A DNA stretch of 64,000 nucleotides from a virus, in the IMG/VR virus record IMGVR_UViG_3300045538_000426, positions 1 through 64,000 of that record; one strand, given 5' to 3'. The position numbers and the translations under genes are program-made. Under the pieces are notes generated by a model. The model had not been told where the DNA came from and ran no database searches. It saw only the letters and a program-made list of their open reading frames with translations. Shown here piece by piece: positions 17,941-27,525 of this stretch. The stretch's first letter is position 1, and the number at the start of each line of letters is the position of its first letter.

Positions 17941-19911
17941 ATGACAGATATTATTACAGCAGCATTTTTAGAAAAGTACAAAAACAAACAACCAAATTGG
18001 GGATTCGGAGAATTGGGATATGTCGTCTACAAACGAACATATTCAAGAACCAAAGAAAACGGTGAATCGGAGGAGTGGTTCGAGACGGTGGCTAGATGTA
18101 TAAACGGTGCTCAGAAAATAGGAGCATCTTATACAAAGGCTGAGGCCGAACGTCTGTATGATTTGGTATTCAACCTGAAATGTAATTTCGCCGGGAGGAT
18201 GCTATGGCAGCTAGGAACGTCCACCGTTGACAGATTTGGAGCCAACAGTCTGCTCAATTGTTGGTATGTGAGTATGAATGAACCCAAAGCGTTCACATTC
18301 CTATTTGAGAATCTTATGTTAGGGGGCGGCGTGGGATACAGCATTCGTCGGGAAGATGTCCACGAATTGCCAAAGGTGCTGAAATCAGTATCGGTGGAAC
18401 ATATCAACACAAAGGACGCTGATTTCATCGTTCCCGATACAAGGGAGGGTTGGGTTAAACTTCTTGAGTATACGTTGAATTCCTTTTATGTTAACGGCAA
18501 ATCGTTCACCTATTCTACTATTCTGGTCAGAGGCGCCGGTGAAAAAATCAATGGATTTGGTGGAAAGGCTAGTGGGCCTGCCATTTTGGTTGAGGGTATA
18601 ACAAAAATATCCAAGATATTTCAATCTCGTGAGGGAAAGAAATTAAGAAGTGTGGATGTATTGGATGTATGTAATATCATAGGAAGCGTAGTGGTAGCTG
18701 GAAACGTCCGACGTTCCGCTGAGATTGCTCTTGGAGATCCAGATGACATACTTTATCTCCGAGCTAAGAATTGGAACACCGGTGACATCCCGAACTGGAG
18801 ATCGATGTCAAATAACACTATTTACGTTGATGATTTCGAACATATCATGCAGGAGGTATGGGAGAATGGATACATTATAAACAAGGAGACTGGACAGGCA
18901 AACGGAGAACCGTATGGGTTTTTCAACCAACCGCTTTCTCAGAAATATGGAAGAATCGGCGACGGCCCGATGAAGAATTCCAATATTTATCCGACCGATT
19001 TTGATAACGTAGTTGGAACGAATCCATGTGGAGAAATTTCGCTGGCCAACTATGAGTGTTGTAATCTATGTGAATTACACCTGAATAACATCACGGACGA
19101 AAATGAACTATATGACGCTGCTAGATTGTTATACAAGTCACAGAAAGCGATAGCGTCACTTCCGTTTATCCACGATGAAACCACTAAAATCGTTCACAAG
19201 AACATGCGACTTGGACTCGGAGTGACGGGAGTATGTCAGTCATTGGATAAGATAAAATGGCTGGATGCATGTTATGTGAAGTTGCGTAAGTTCGATCGTG
19301 AATGGAGTAAGGAAAAGAATTATCCAGAAAGCATAAAACTTACCACAATCAAACCATCCGGCACACTTTCCATATTGGGAGGTTCTACGCCTGGAATACA
19401 TCCCGCTTACAGCAAGTATTACATGAGAACCATTCGTGTTGCTAGTTCCGACAAATTAGCGAAGGCTTGTAAAGATGCTGGGTATAGATGTGAATATCTC
19501 CTTAAATACGACGGCACCGAACAACACGACACTGTTGTAATATATTTTCCATGTATGACTCCCGACGGAGCTGTCTTGGCGAAGGATATGGATGTGATTA
19601 AACAACTTGAGATGGTAAAGTTGTTGCAGAGTTCATGGAGCGATAATGCGGTGAGTGTCACTGCTTACTATAAAGAGGAAGAATTGGAGACTCTCAAGTC
19701 TTGGCTCAAGGAAAATTACGAGAAGAATATTAAAAGTGTAAGCTTCCTACTTCACAAGGAACATGGGTTCAAACAGGCCCCATATATAGAAATAACCGAG
19801 AACGAATACACTGAAGCTCGTTCTAAGATAAAGAAGATAGTGATAGTAAACGATGAACCTAGTATGATTCAAGGAATCGAATGTGAGGGTGGAGCGTGCC
19901 CTATACGATAA
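17941..19911 (+). CDS. nrdJ: class II (adenosylcobalamin-dependent) ribonucleotide reductase
   Basis: VYKRTYSR, GRMLWQLG, GNVRRSAEI, GTNPCGEISL..YECCNL.E, TTIKPSGTLS, C-terminal CEGGACPIR; no intein-sized insertion. Confidence 0.92.
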   Translation: MTDIITAAFLEKYKNKQPNWGFGELGYVVYKRTYSRTKENGESEEWFETVARCINGAQKIGASYTKAEAERLYDLVFNLKCNFAGRMLWQLGTSTVDRFGANSLLNCWYVSMNEPKAFTFLFENLMLGGGVGYSIRREDVHELPKVLKSVSVEHINTKDADFIVPDTREGWVKLLEYTLNSFYVNGKSFTYSTILVRGAGEKINGFGGKASGPAILVEGITKISKIFQSREGKKLRSVDVLDVCNIIGSVVVAGNVRRSAEIALGDPDDILYLRAKNWNTGDIPNWRSMSNNTIYVDDFEHIMQEVWENGYIINKETGQANGEPYGFFNQPLSQKYGRIGDGPMKNSNIYPTDFDNVVGTNPCGEISLANYECCNLCELHLNNITDENELYDAARLLYKSQKAIASLPFIHDETTKIVHKNMRLGLGVTGVCQSLDKIKWLDACYVKLRKFDREWSKEKNYPESIKLTTIKPSGTLSILGGSTPGIHPAYSKYYMRTIRVASSDKLAKACKDAGYRCEYLLKYDGTEQHDTVVIYFPCMTPDGAVLAKDMDVIKQLEMVKLLQSSWSDNAVSVTAYYKEEELETLKSWLKENYEKNIKSVSFLLHKEHGFKQAPYIEITENEYTEARSKIKKIVIVNDEPSMIQGIECEGGACPIR

Positions 19912-19997
19912 TCATTTGTATCTTTTTATAAAATGGATGATATTTATTGGGAAACCTATGTTACGTGCGTTAACTGGTAAATAGAAAATCTCCGTGT

Positions 19998-20330
19998 ATG
20001 TCAGACGAATCCGAACTACAAAAAGAATGGCGGGACATTGTTATAAAGAAGCTCAATAGTATTGAAGCTGAACAGAAAACAATGCAAATCTCACTATCTG
20101 GTAACGTAGTCATAGCAAATGACGTAGCTGGTATTATTGCGAAAGCTAAAGTCGTGGACGAGGATATAAAGGCTCTACGGATAGAAGTCAAACACGATAG
20201 GGAGGAAGCTGACCGAAAATATGTGTCAAAACAAGAATTTACGTTGGTCGAAAAAATAGTTTACGGAGCATCGGGTCTGATTCTTCTTGCTGTATTCGGT
20301 GCTCTCATTACACTTGTCATAAGAAAATGA
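19998..20330 (+). CDS. coiled-coil protein with one C-terminal TM helix (holin/XhlA-like)
   Basis: YVSKQEFTLVEKIVYGASGLILLAVFGALITLVIRK tail; TATTTATT box at 19941-19948. Confidence 0.5.
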   Translation: MSDESELQKEWRDIVIKKLNSIEAEQKTMQISLSGNVVIANDVAGIIAKAKVVDEDIKALRIEVKHDREEADRKYVSKQEFTLVEKIVYGASGLILLAVFGALITLVIRK

Positions 20331-20812
20331 ACCGAAACATCAATGTTGTCACTGACGAGTTGAATAAGATAGAAGAGAGACGAAAGCTGGCTCTCTCAGC
20401 TACGAATACTGGAATTTGGGATTGGGACATAATAAAAGACACTCTGACATGGGATGAGGCTATGTTGGATATCTATGGACTTACAGCTAAACAATTCGGC
20501 GGCCGGTATGAGGCGTGGACGAGTCTTTTGCACCCAGATGATTTGAAGCACACTACCGGAGCGTTACACCGTTGCTTAAGCGACCCATCTAAGGCTTATT
20601 TTTACCGTTTTAGAATAAACAGGTTGGGGGAGACGCGAGTGGTATCCGGGTTCGGAAATTGTATTCGTGATAAAGATGGGAAGCCTATTAGGATGGTTGG
20701 CATAAATATCCTAGAACCACCACATTGCGTTGAACACGATGAACGGGCCAAACGAAATGACCCATGCGACATTTGTCCGTCTCGTTTCATGAAAATGTAT
20801 GAGACGGTGTGA
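20327..20812 (+). CDS. stand-alone PAS (PAS_3-type) domain protein
   Basis: LALSATNTGIWDWDI...WDEAMLDIYG...W.SLLHPDDL...RFRI...IRDKDGKPIRMVGIN is a canonical PAS_3/PAC pattern; ATGA overlap with the TM gene. Confidence 0.88.
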   Translation: MNRNINVVTDELNKIEERRKLALSATNTGIWDWDIIKDTLTWDEAMLDIYGLTAKQFGGRYEAWTSLLHPDDLKHTTGALHRCLSDPSKAYFYRFRINRLGETRVVSGFGNCIRDKDGKPIRMVGINILEPPHCVEHDERAKRNDPCDICPSRFMKMYETV

Positions 20813-20857
20813 GTAAAAGAAATTGATTATAGGTCAGTTCCGATTTACACTTCCACG

Positions 20858-21628
20858 GTGGAATCTCCATGTAATACGACAAAAGTCTATCTTAGGCAAA
20901 TCAATAAGAGTATCGCCAAGGATATAATAGTAAAAAATCACTACAGCCACAAATGGACATTGTGTCAGGTAGCTTATGGAGTGTTTTTTAGGACTGATTC
21001 ACCGAACGATTTTTTTGACGAAAGTGAAGATAAATTAATTGGATGCCTCATTTACGGTCAACCGGTTGGTAGGAGTGCAGCTGCTTCTCTGTCGGATCTA
21101 TTGAAAATAGATGAAGTCTTTGAACTCACCCGTCTTTTCATTTTTGATGGATATGGTAGAAACATCGAGAGTTACTCCATAGCACAGTCATTCAAACTTT
21201 TAAATCGGGATTTTCCACGAATAAAAGCAGTATTGAGTTACGCGGATGGTGAACAAGGACATAACGGTGTGATATATCAAGCCACTGGTTTTCATTATCA
21301 AGGGAATTCCTCACTTGCTCTCATGCCTAACTTTAGTCTAAGTCTCGTCGGACCCCCAAATTACGAGTGGATGCACAGTCGGTCAGTTACGTCTAGGTGG
21401 AAAAGTTGCAACGTAGACCATCTGAAAAGATGTATAGGAAAAACCTTTTATAGAAAGAAAGAATCTACCAAACATAGGTATATAATCTTCATCGGAAGTC
21501 GAGTGGAGAAGAAAAAACTCCTAAAATCCCTAAAACATCCCGTTCTTCCATATCCAAAGTCGTCTCATCACGTCGATGAAATCGAGGAGATAATTGTTTC
21601 CACCACTAAATCGTCTGAGTTTTTTTAA
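20858..21628 (+). CDS. Mom-like GNAT-fold adenine-modification protein
   Basis: IVKNHYSH, LIGCLIYGQP, FELTRL, VLSYADGEQGHNGVIYQATGFHYQG match the Mom family as recalled; C-terminus KSSEFF. Confidence 0.8.
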   Translation: MESPCNTTKVYLRQINKSIAKDIIVKNHYSHKWTLCQVAYGVFFRTDSPNDFFDESEDKLIGCLIYGQPVGRSAAASLSDLLKIDEVFELTRLFIFDGYGRNIESYSIAQSFKLLNRDFPRIKAVLSYADGEQGHNGVIYQATGFHYQGNSSLALMPNFSLSLVGPPNYEWMHSRSVTSRWKSCNVDHLKRCIGKTFYRKKESTKHRYIIFIGSRVEKKKLLKSLKHPVLPYPKSSHHVDEIEEIIVSTTKSSEFF

Positions 21629-22430
21629 TATACAAAACCCAATCTTTATGAGACGGCCTGATGCCTTTAGTTAATCGATTTACATTTGGTTGGTTCAATG
21701 TGTATTTTTTTATAAAATCGTATTGTGTTCCTGTATACTCTTCTAAAGTTTTACGATTCTTAAATGTGTAGATCGATTTATCTTGCAATAATTTATTAGG
21801 TCTTCCTCTTAATACATCACTCAATTTTTTCTTAGTATCACTGCTTAGAGATTTTCCATAATTAAATCCGTTTTTTCCTGACAACGACTTACGAATTTTA
21901 TCCTTAGTTTTCTCGGAAAGAATTTTTCCGGTTTGACTCACAGACATTTTTTGTCGAGATTCTAATGTGTGGTTCCTCCCCAACATAGGGTGTTTGTGTT
22001 TGGTGTACCTTTTCCTTAAAGATCTGCCAATGGTTTTTTTCATTTCCTCTGTCATTTCTACTCTCCCCGACAAAAACTGTTGGTTATACGAGGAATATTG
22101 TTCGTTTTTTGCAATGTCCAAATATTTTTGTTCAACATTAACAACATCGTCAGATACCTCTATTATCGAAAATAAAAAAGAACTTTCTCCGTAATTATCC
22201 CAAGACCTTTGTAAGTGGATATTATCGTGTTGATGATGTCTTAATTCATAGACGTGATTATACCACCTATTTATAATATTTTTTGATCCACCGACGTAAT
22301 ACTTCCCATTAACGTTGTTAGTTATCTTGTAGACTCCGCTTATTTTTCCAATACCTTTCCATTCGTTTATTGCAAATTTCCTGTTTATTAGATATATAAT
22401 ATCGTTTGGATCTGTTGTTAGATTGTTCAT
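21606..22430 (-). mobile_element. free-standing GIY-YIG homing endonuclease with NUMOD3-like repeats
   Basis: SGVYKITNNVNGKYYVGGS.NI..RW..H, HDNIHLQRSW, and repeats HTLESRQKMS/LSEKTKDKIR/LSSDTKKKLS; ATG at 22430; TACTTATT box at 22474-22481 on the minus strand. Confidence 0.9.
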
Positions 22431-22560
22431 CGAGTTCTTTCTTGGTTCGGTTGAGTTTTTTTCTTCCCATGTCAATAAGTATTGAGTGATAACATAAAAC
22501 GTGAGAACTTTCAGTCTAAATAATGCCATTGAAACCTTTTTCTGACCATATTTATAGGAT

Positions 22561-23625
22561 ATGAAACAATTTGAACTCAAGAATCTCGTCCGTACATTGG
22601 TGGCCGAGGCCATAGCCGGTCACGAATCACACGACGAAATTCCTGACATAGAACCTTCCGGTGATGCCAAGAAAAAAGTCGAGGGGTTGTTTAATGGCAG
22701 CATGGTGGTATCTTTCACCGACATAGAGGAGATTGCATATAGTTATGTGAAAGATGTGGATCAAGCGGAATCTCTCCGTGAAGAACTTATTGAGTATGCC
22801 AAGACAATTTCCGAACCTCTCGGATATCTACCCGATTCACGGGGTGAATTTTTCATCCGTAGGCCAACTCACGGAGATCTCCAACGTCAATATGGCGATA
22901 AGCTCAAAAATCCAGCTCAGAAGGAATCGGAAGTCGATGAGATCAGAACATTGAATGAATCTAATTTAAATGCGTTCAAAAAGCTGATACGAGAAGTTGT
23001 GGAGGAAGTGAAATCGGAAAATGACAAATCCATCGAAGACGATATGCTTTCTGTGTTGAAGATGTTAAAGGAACACAATAAGAAATTCTCTTTCCGAAAG
23101 AACAAGATGGGAAATTATGACGTGGTGGGATGTTCTCCTACACAGATAGAAGTCAGGCCTATGTATATGGGATCGTATGATGTTATATTCATGGTTGATG
23201 GGACGGATAGGGAAAAGAAGTTGAGTTTGGATCTGAAGGGCGTGAAGGAGTTTATAAAGGGGAAACTCACCTCCAAGTCAGAAAATTATACAAAGACCGC
23301 ATTTAACAAAACGGCAAGTACCACGGAAGATGTTACAAAGAAAACCGCTGGATTGCCGGAAACTAAGCAGAACGACATTAAAAAAGTCGGCGACACTAAA
23401 AACGAAAACAAAGATCATAACGAAGCTGAAGTGAAGAAGGAAGAGGATATGCCGGATAAACCTCTACGTGAAGTCGGTGACGTGAAGAAACAGGATTCCC
23501 ATGACGATGACTCTGGTGCAAAATACAAATTTCCAAAACAAGACAAGGATGAAAAGAAACACGTTGTCAAGGGTGGTAAGGGAAAAGAACTAAAACTGTC
23601 TGCTAAAAAAATAGCCAAGAAGTAA
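22561..23625 (+). CDS. hypothetical late protein, highly charged
   Basis: 354 aa; TATTTATA box 4 nt before the ATG; LxE-type motifs (TLNES, LIREVVEE). Confidence 0.75.
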   Translation: MKQFELKNLVRTLVAEAIAGHESHDEIPDIEPSGDAKKKVEGLFNGSMVVSFTDIEEIAYSYVKDVDQAESLREELIEYAKTISEPLGYLPDSRGEFFIRRPTHGDLQRQYGDKLKNPAQKESEVDEIRTLNESNLNAFKKLIREVVEEVKSENDKSIEDDMLSVLKMLKEHNKKFSFRKNKMGNYDVVGCSPTQIEVRPMYMGSYDVIFMVDGTDREKKLSLDLKGVKEFIKGKLTSKSENYTKTAFNKTASTTEDVTKKTAGLPETKQNDIKKVGDTKNENKDHNEAEVKKEEDMPDKPLREVGDVKKQDSHDDDSGAKYKFPKQDKDEKKHVVKGGKGKELKLSAKKIAKK

Positions 23626-23645
23626 TTGGATTATTTTAATTTCGA

Positions 23646-23673
23646 TTGACGTATCCGATCCATGTGATATGAT
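23646..23673 (+). promoter_or_regulatory. sigma70-type promoter with extended -10
   Basis: TTGACG (23646-23651), 16 nt spacer, TG-a-TATGAT (23668-23673). Confidence 0.7.
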
Positions 23674-23681
23674 TGGTTGAG

Positions 23682-24641
23682 ATGAAAAAAACAATATCCG
23701 GTGATATACGTTCTAATCTAAAGTCGTGTAACCGACTTAAGCCTAAGTCTTTGGTTATAGACGACTTGAAATGGAAATACTTGTGTAGAAGTGTCCTCCG
23801 GGGAAAAAATACATTGTTGGTCGGTCCAACTGGATGTGGAAAAACTCTAGCTGCTCAATCCGTCGCTGATGTTTACGCTGAGGATTCTTCTTTCTTTTAT
23901 TTCAATTTGGGAAGCACACAGGATGCACGCAGCTCTTTGATTGGAAATACAAATTTCAACAAAGAATCCGGCACAATTTTCAATGAATCCACGTTTGTCA
24001 CTGCGATACGGAAAACTGGTTCAATAATTCTATTAGATGAGATAAGTCGAGCACATCCGGACGCGTGGAATATATTGATGTCGGTACTCGACCCCATTCA
24101 GAGATATTTACGGCTCGATGAAAAGCGGGATAGTGAAGTTGTCAAAGTAGCTGATAGAGTGACCTTTCTAGCTACCGCCAACGTTGGGAATGAATACACT
24201 TCCACTAAAATCATGGATAGAGCGTTAATGAATCGTTTCAGTGTAAAGATAGAGATGAATCCACTTGATAAAGAAAATGAATTGAAATTTCTTTTGGATA
24301 AATTTGGTATCTCCGACCCTACTGAAATTTCAATTTTAACATCATTGGTGGAAATTGCAGACCACACGAGGAAGTCGGTGAAACAAGAGGATACGTGCCT
24401 TTCGAACTTTTTATCGACTAGAGATAGCGTTGAAATGGCCGAACTTGTTATCGATGGTTTTTCTTTAACTGAAATTGCGGAGAATGTAATTTATCCTAAT
24501 TTTACTTCGGATGGTGGGACTGAAAGTGAAAGGACTTATATCAAACAGTTGGTACAGAAGTATGTTGTAGATACATCTCTACCAAGTCAACTGTTTGATA
24601 AGAAAGATATCAAAACTCCGAAGTCAGATGTACCATTTTAA
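23682..24641 (+). CDS. MoxR/CbbQ/CobS-like AAA+ ATPase
   Basis: GPTGCGKT, ILLDEISR, FLATAN, MDRALMNRF; ends SDVPF; ATG at 23682 preferred over TTG at 23673. Confidence 0.88.
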   Translation: MKKTISGDIRSNLKSCNRLKPKSLVIDDLKWKYLCRSVLRGKNTLLVGPTGCGKTLAAQSVADVYAEDSSFFYFNLGSTQDARSSLIGNTNFNKESGTIFNESTFVTAIRKTGSIILLDEISRAHPDAWNILMSVLDPIQRYLRLDEKRDSEVVKVADRVTFLATANVGNEYTSTKIMDRALMNRFSVKIEMNPLDKENELKFLLDKFGISDPTEISILTSLVEIADHTRKSVKQEDTCLSNFLSTRDSVEMAELVIDGFSLTEIAENVIYPNFTSDGGTESERTYIKQLVQKYVVDTSLPSQLFDKKDIKTPKSDVPF

Positions 24642-26765
24642 ATGAAAAAGCCGGTTTATTCCGATTTCTGGATGGGCGACGAGGGCGTTCATCAGGACGA
24701 ATCCGTTGAATATATTGAGTTGATACGGATGGCCCAATACAAGCGTGCCATAAGTAATTTCGTTAACATACTGACCGAACGTCGTATTCCTGTCTTGTTT
24801 AACACAGACAGCAAGAACGCCACTGATGGCGAGGTTGTCTATCTGTCGCCGAACATCAATAAGAAAAAAGACTTTGATATCGCCGTCGGACTTGCACTTC
24901 ACGAAGGAGCGCACATAGTTTATAGTGATTTTGTTATCTTACAGACGTTATGGCAGAGAACTCCCCGTGAACTCTATGACGTGGGTATTCGAAAGAATAT
25001 AGACAAGGCCAGAATTGTAAAATTGGTAAAAACCATGTTAAATTACGTGGAGGACCGTTACATTGACTCGTTGGTATATTCTTCTGCTCCTGGATACCGT
25101 GGATATTATATCTCTCTATACGATGCCTATTTTAATGTCAAAAACAATGAAAAGGTATTGAAGTCGAAGGTTTATAGATTCCCCAGTTTCGACGCGTATG
25201 AATTTCGTATCATAAATTTTACAAACGCGGGAACCGATTTAGACGCTCTACCTGATTTGAGAAACATTTATGATCTAATTGACATACCAACGGTTTTGAG
25301 GTTAAAAACTGCAGAAGACAGGCTCTCAGTTGCAATTAAAGTGTGTAAGTTAATACTGAAAAATATAGGAAAGCAACCAACTGATACTGGAGGAAATAAT
25401 AAAGGCAGTGCAAGCGGAACGTCGTCTCCAAAACAAAGTTCATCTGGTTCCACGGCGAAGATGGATTCCGACGAAGAACCTTCCGTTGAAAAGAACGAAC
25501 CGACCGGATCATTGAATCCTCCCGATGAACAAGGTGTGTCGGGTGAGGATGTGATTGGTGGAAATGACGTAGATACTGAGGTAGAACCGGAGGAAAAACC
25601 GAGTTCTTCCGATCCCGTCGACGAGGAAACTGGCAAGGGAGATACAAGCGAATTTACTGATGCTGAGGTGAAGGAAATGGAGAAAAATTTCAAACGCCAA
25701 CGCCGATTTGTGGATGGTGACGTGAAACGGGGAAAACTCTCTCATAGGCAAGCCGCTTCGGTTGACGCTATCGAAAGAAGCGGCATGGTTTTGGTGAGGG
25801 TAGGTAAGGAACTATCGGATAAGCCAGATTTTCGAGGCATCGAGTGTGTGGTTGTAAATAAACTCACAAATGAACTTATCGCAGACCCCGATTTCCCCCT
25901 TAGTAGAGGAATTCCATTAGCCATCGGGAAAGACGAGTCTCCGGTAGCTAAAGCCGTTCGTGATGGAATAGTGAAGGGTAGGATGTTGGGCCGTAGACTT
26001 CAACTGAGAGACGATGTAAGGGTCACTCGATACATGAGACAGCCAGTTGGAAAAATCGACCGCCGACTCATATCTGAACTCGGTTATGACGTAGCCAATG
26101 TATTTTATACATCTCATACGGACAAATTCAATGAGGTATTTTTACATATAAGCGTAGACGCTAGTTCATCCATGTCGGGGGTTAAGTGGGTTCGTGCTAT
26201 AACAACGGTTGTTGCCATTTGTAAGGCGGCTTCAATGATTTCTAATATAAGGGTATCTGTGAGTTTCAGAACCACTGTTCCGTCAGCTTTCACGGGACCG
26301 TCACCGTATGTCGTAATGGCTTACGATTCCAAGGTAGATTCGTTTAATAAGATAATTAGTCAATTCAAATATCTGGTGCCGAATAACACTACACCCGAGG
26401 GATTGACGTTTGAGGCTATCATGGAACATTTGCCGCCGAAGGTTTTTGGTGAAGATCGTTACTTTTTAAATTTATCTGATGGACAACCTTGTTATTCCTA
26501 TAGATCAAAAGAAAACGATGGAAACGCTGTGGATTACATCGGTGAAGTTGGCGTGGAACATACTCGTAAACAAGTGAATAAAATACGAGATATGGGATAT
26601 ACGATATTATCGTATTTCATCGAACAACCTAACACAGAATCAACTACCGTTCAACGCGTAGATTTTAAGAGAATGTATGGGAAATCGGCCTCTTTCATAA
26701 ATGTGGATAATGTCGTTAAGATCTCGAATACGTTGAATGCTATGTTTTTGGAAAAAAACGATTGA
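24642..26765 (+). CDS. vWA-domain partner with N-terminal HExxH metallopeptidase-like domain
   Basis: GLALHEGAH and NYVEDRYID; acidic linker; MIDAS motif SVDASSSMSG...TPEG...LSDGQP; starts immediately after the AAA gene. Confidence 0.85.
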   Translation: MKKPVYSDFWMGDEGVHQDESVEYIELIRMAQYKRAISNFVNILTERRIPVLFNTDSKNATDGEVVYLSPNINKKKDFDIAVGLALHEGAHIVYSDFVILQTLWQRTPRELYDVGIRKNIDKARIVKLVKTMLNYVEDRYIDSLVYSSAPGYRGYYISLYDAYFNVKNNEKVLKSKVYRFPSFDAYEFRIINFTNAGTDLDALPDLRNIYDLIDIPTVLRLKTAEDRLSVAIKVCKLILKNIGKQPTDTGGNNKGSASGTSSPKQSSSGSTAKMDSDEEPSVEKNEPTGSLNPPDEQGVSGEDVIGGNDVDTEVEPEEKPSSSDPVDEETGKGDTSEFTDAEVKEMEKNFKRQRRFVDGDVKRGKLSHRQAASVDAIERSGMVLVRVGKELSDKPDFRGIECVVVNKLTNELIADPDFPLSRGIPLAIGKDESPVAKAVRDGIVKGRMLGRRLQLRDDVRVTRYMRQPVGKIDRRLISELGYDVANVFYTSHTDKFNEVFLHISVDASSSMSGVKWVRAITTVVAICKAASMISNIRVSVSFRTTVPSAFTGPSPYVVMAYDSKVDSFNKIISQFKYLVPNNTTPEGLTFEAIMEHLPPKVFGEDRYFLNLSDGQPCYSYRSKENDGNAVDYIGEVGVEHTRKQVNKIRDMGYTILSYFIEQPNTESTTVQRVDFKRMYGKSASFINVDNVVKISNTLNAMFLEKND

Positions 26766-26772
26766 AAAAGTG

Positions 26773-26800
26773 TTGACAATGTATAAAACCCTGTTAGGAT
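26773..26800 (+). promoter_or_regulatory. sigma70-type promoter with extended -10
   Basis: TTGACA (26773-26778), 16 nt spacer, TG-t-TAGGAT (26795-26800). Confidence 0.7.
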
Positions 26801-26819
26801 TATAAAGTAAGTAAAAAAT

Positions 26820-27245
26820 ATGAAAACTGATAACAAAACAAACCAAACATCCGCCACTCCGACTCAAACGACTCCGGTGGCCACACCGTCTACAAAAACC
26901 GGCCGCCGAAATAAGACTCGGTTGGAGTTGAAGTTGCCTGCCTCGGGGACTTATACCATTGAGGAATTGTGTAGTTCCAATCCGGAGTTCGTAGAAATCA
27001 CTCTCCGTGTTCGACTCAAGAAGCTCGTGAGTGATGGCAAAGTAGTTGAATTGGGAACTCTCCACATGGCCAAGGGACGTCCTAAGATGGTCTGTGCTAC
27101 CTCACCGGTATCCGAGTCAACGTTGGCTGCCGCACGAGACGCTGGCGTCTCCTTCAATGAGAAGTTTAACATGCCTATTCTGTCTATTAAGGATGGTGAT
27201 AAAATCACATCTGTTGCTATAGCCGACGCCGTCGTCACGGCTTAA
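26820..27245 (+). CDS. small winged-helix DNA-binding protein
   Basis: YTIEELCSSNPEFVEITLRVRLKKLVSDGKVVELGTLHMAKGRPK fits a wHTH with a GRP wing; monocistronic with its own promoter and terminator. Confidence 0.6.
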   Translation: MKTDNKTNQTSATPTQTTPVATPSTKTGRRNKTRLELKLPASGTYTIEELCSSNPEFVEITLRVRLKKLVSDGKVVELGTLHMAKGRPKMVCATSPVSESTLAAARDAGVSFNEKFNMPILSIKDGDKITSVAIADAVVTA

Positions 27246-27267
27246 TTCGGATAAAATTACGTAAGTC

Positions 27268-27292
27268 AAGGCCGCTCAGCGGCCTTTTCTTT
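27268..27292. terminator. bidirectional intrinsic terminator
   Basis: AAGGCCGC-TCA-GCGGCCTT followed by TTCTTT; contains the stop codon of the convergent minus-strand ORF. Confidence 0.85.
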
Positions 27293-27509
27293 TGTCATAA
27301 ATCTTGTCTATTTTTATAAACTGTTCTCCGTTCTTGTAGTAGTTTATCCTCACCGCTGGATTTAGATTTTTTATTACGGAGCCGACCCTGTTTTTACTTC
27401 CTCTTATTATCGGATAATCCAACTCCGAATCAAATAACACATACGTAGATGTGTCTATTTCTATATAATGAAACACGGTTTCTTTTACATTGATTTTTTT
27501 GAATGTCAT
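27276..27509 (-). CDS. hypothetical protein
   Basis: 77 aa; TATTTATG box (27515-27522, minus strand) 5 nt before the ATG. Confidence 0.65.
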   Translation of the reverse strand: MTFKKINVKETVFHYIEIDTSTYVLFDSELDYPIIRGSKNRVGSVIKNLNPAVRINYYKNGEQFIKIDKIYDKRKGR

Positions 27510-27525
27510 GGTAGCATAAATAAGT

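Noticed and set aside
19958-19984. 8-codon upstream ORF (MLRALTGK) before the holin-like gene
   Set aside because: Too short to distinguish from chance without expression data.
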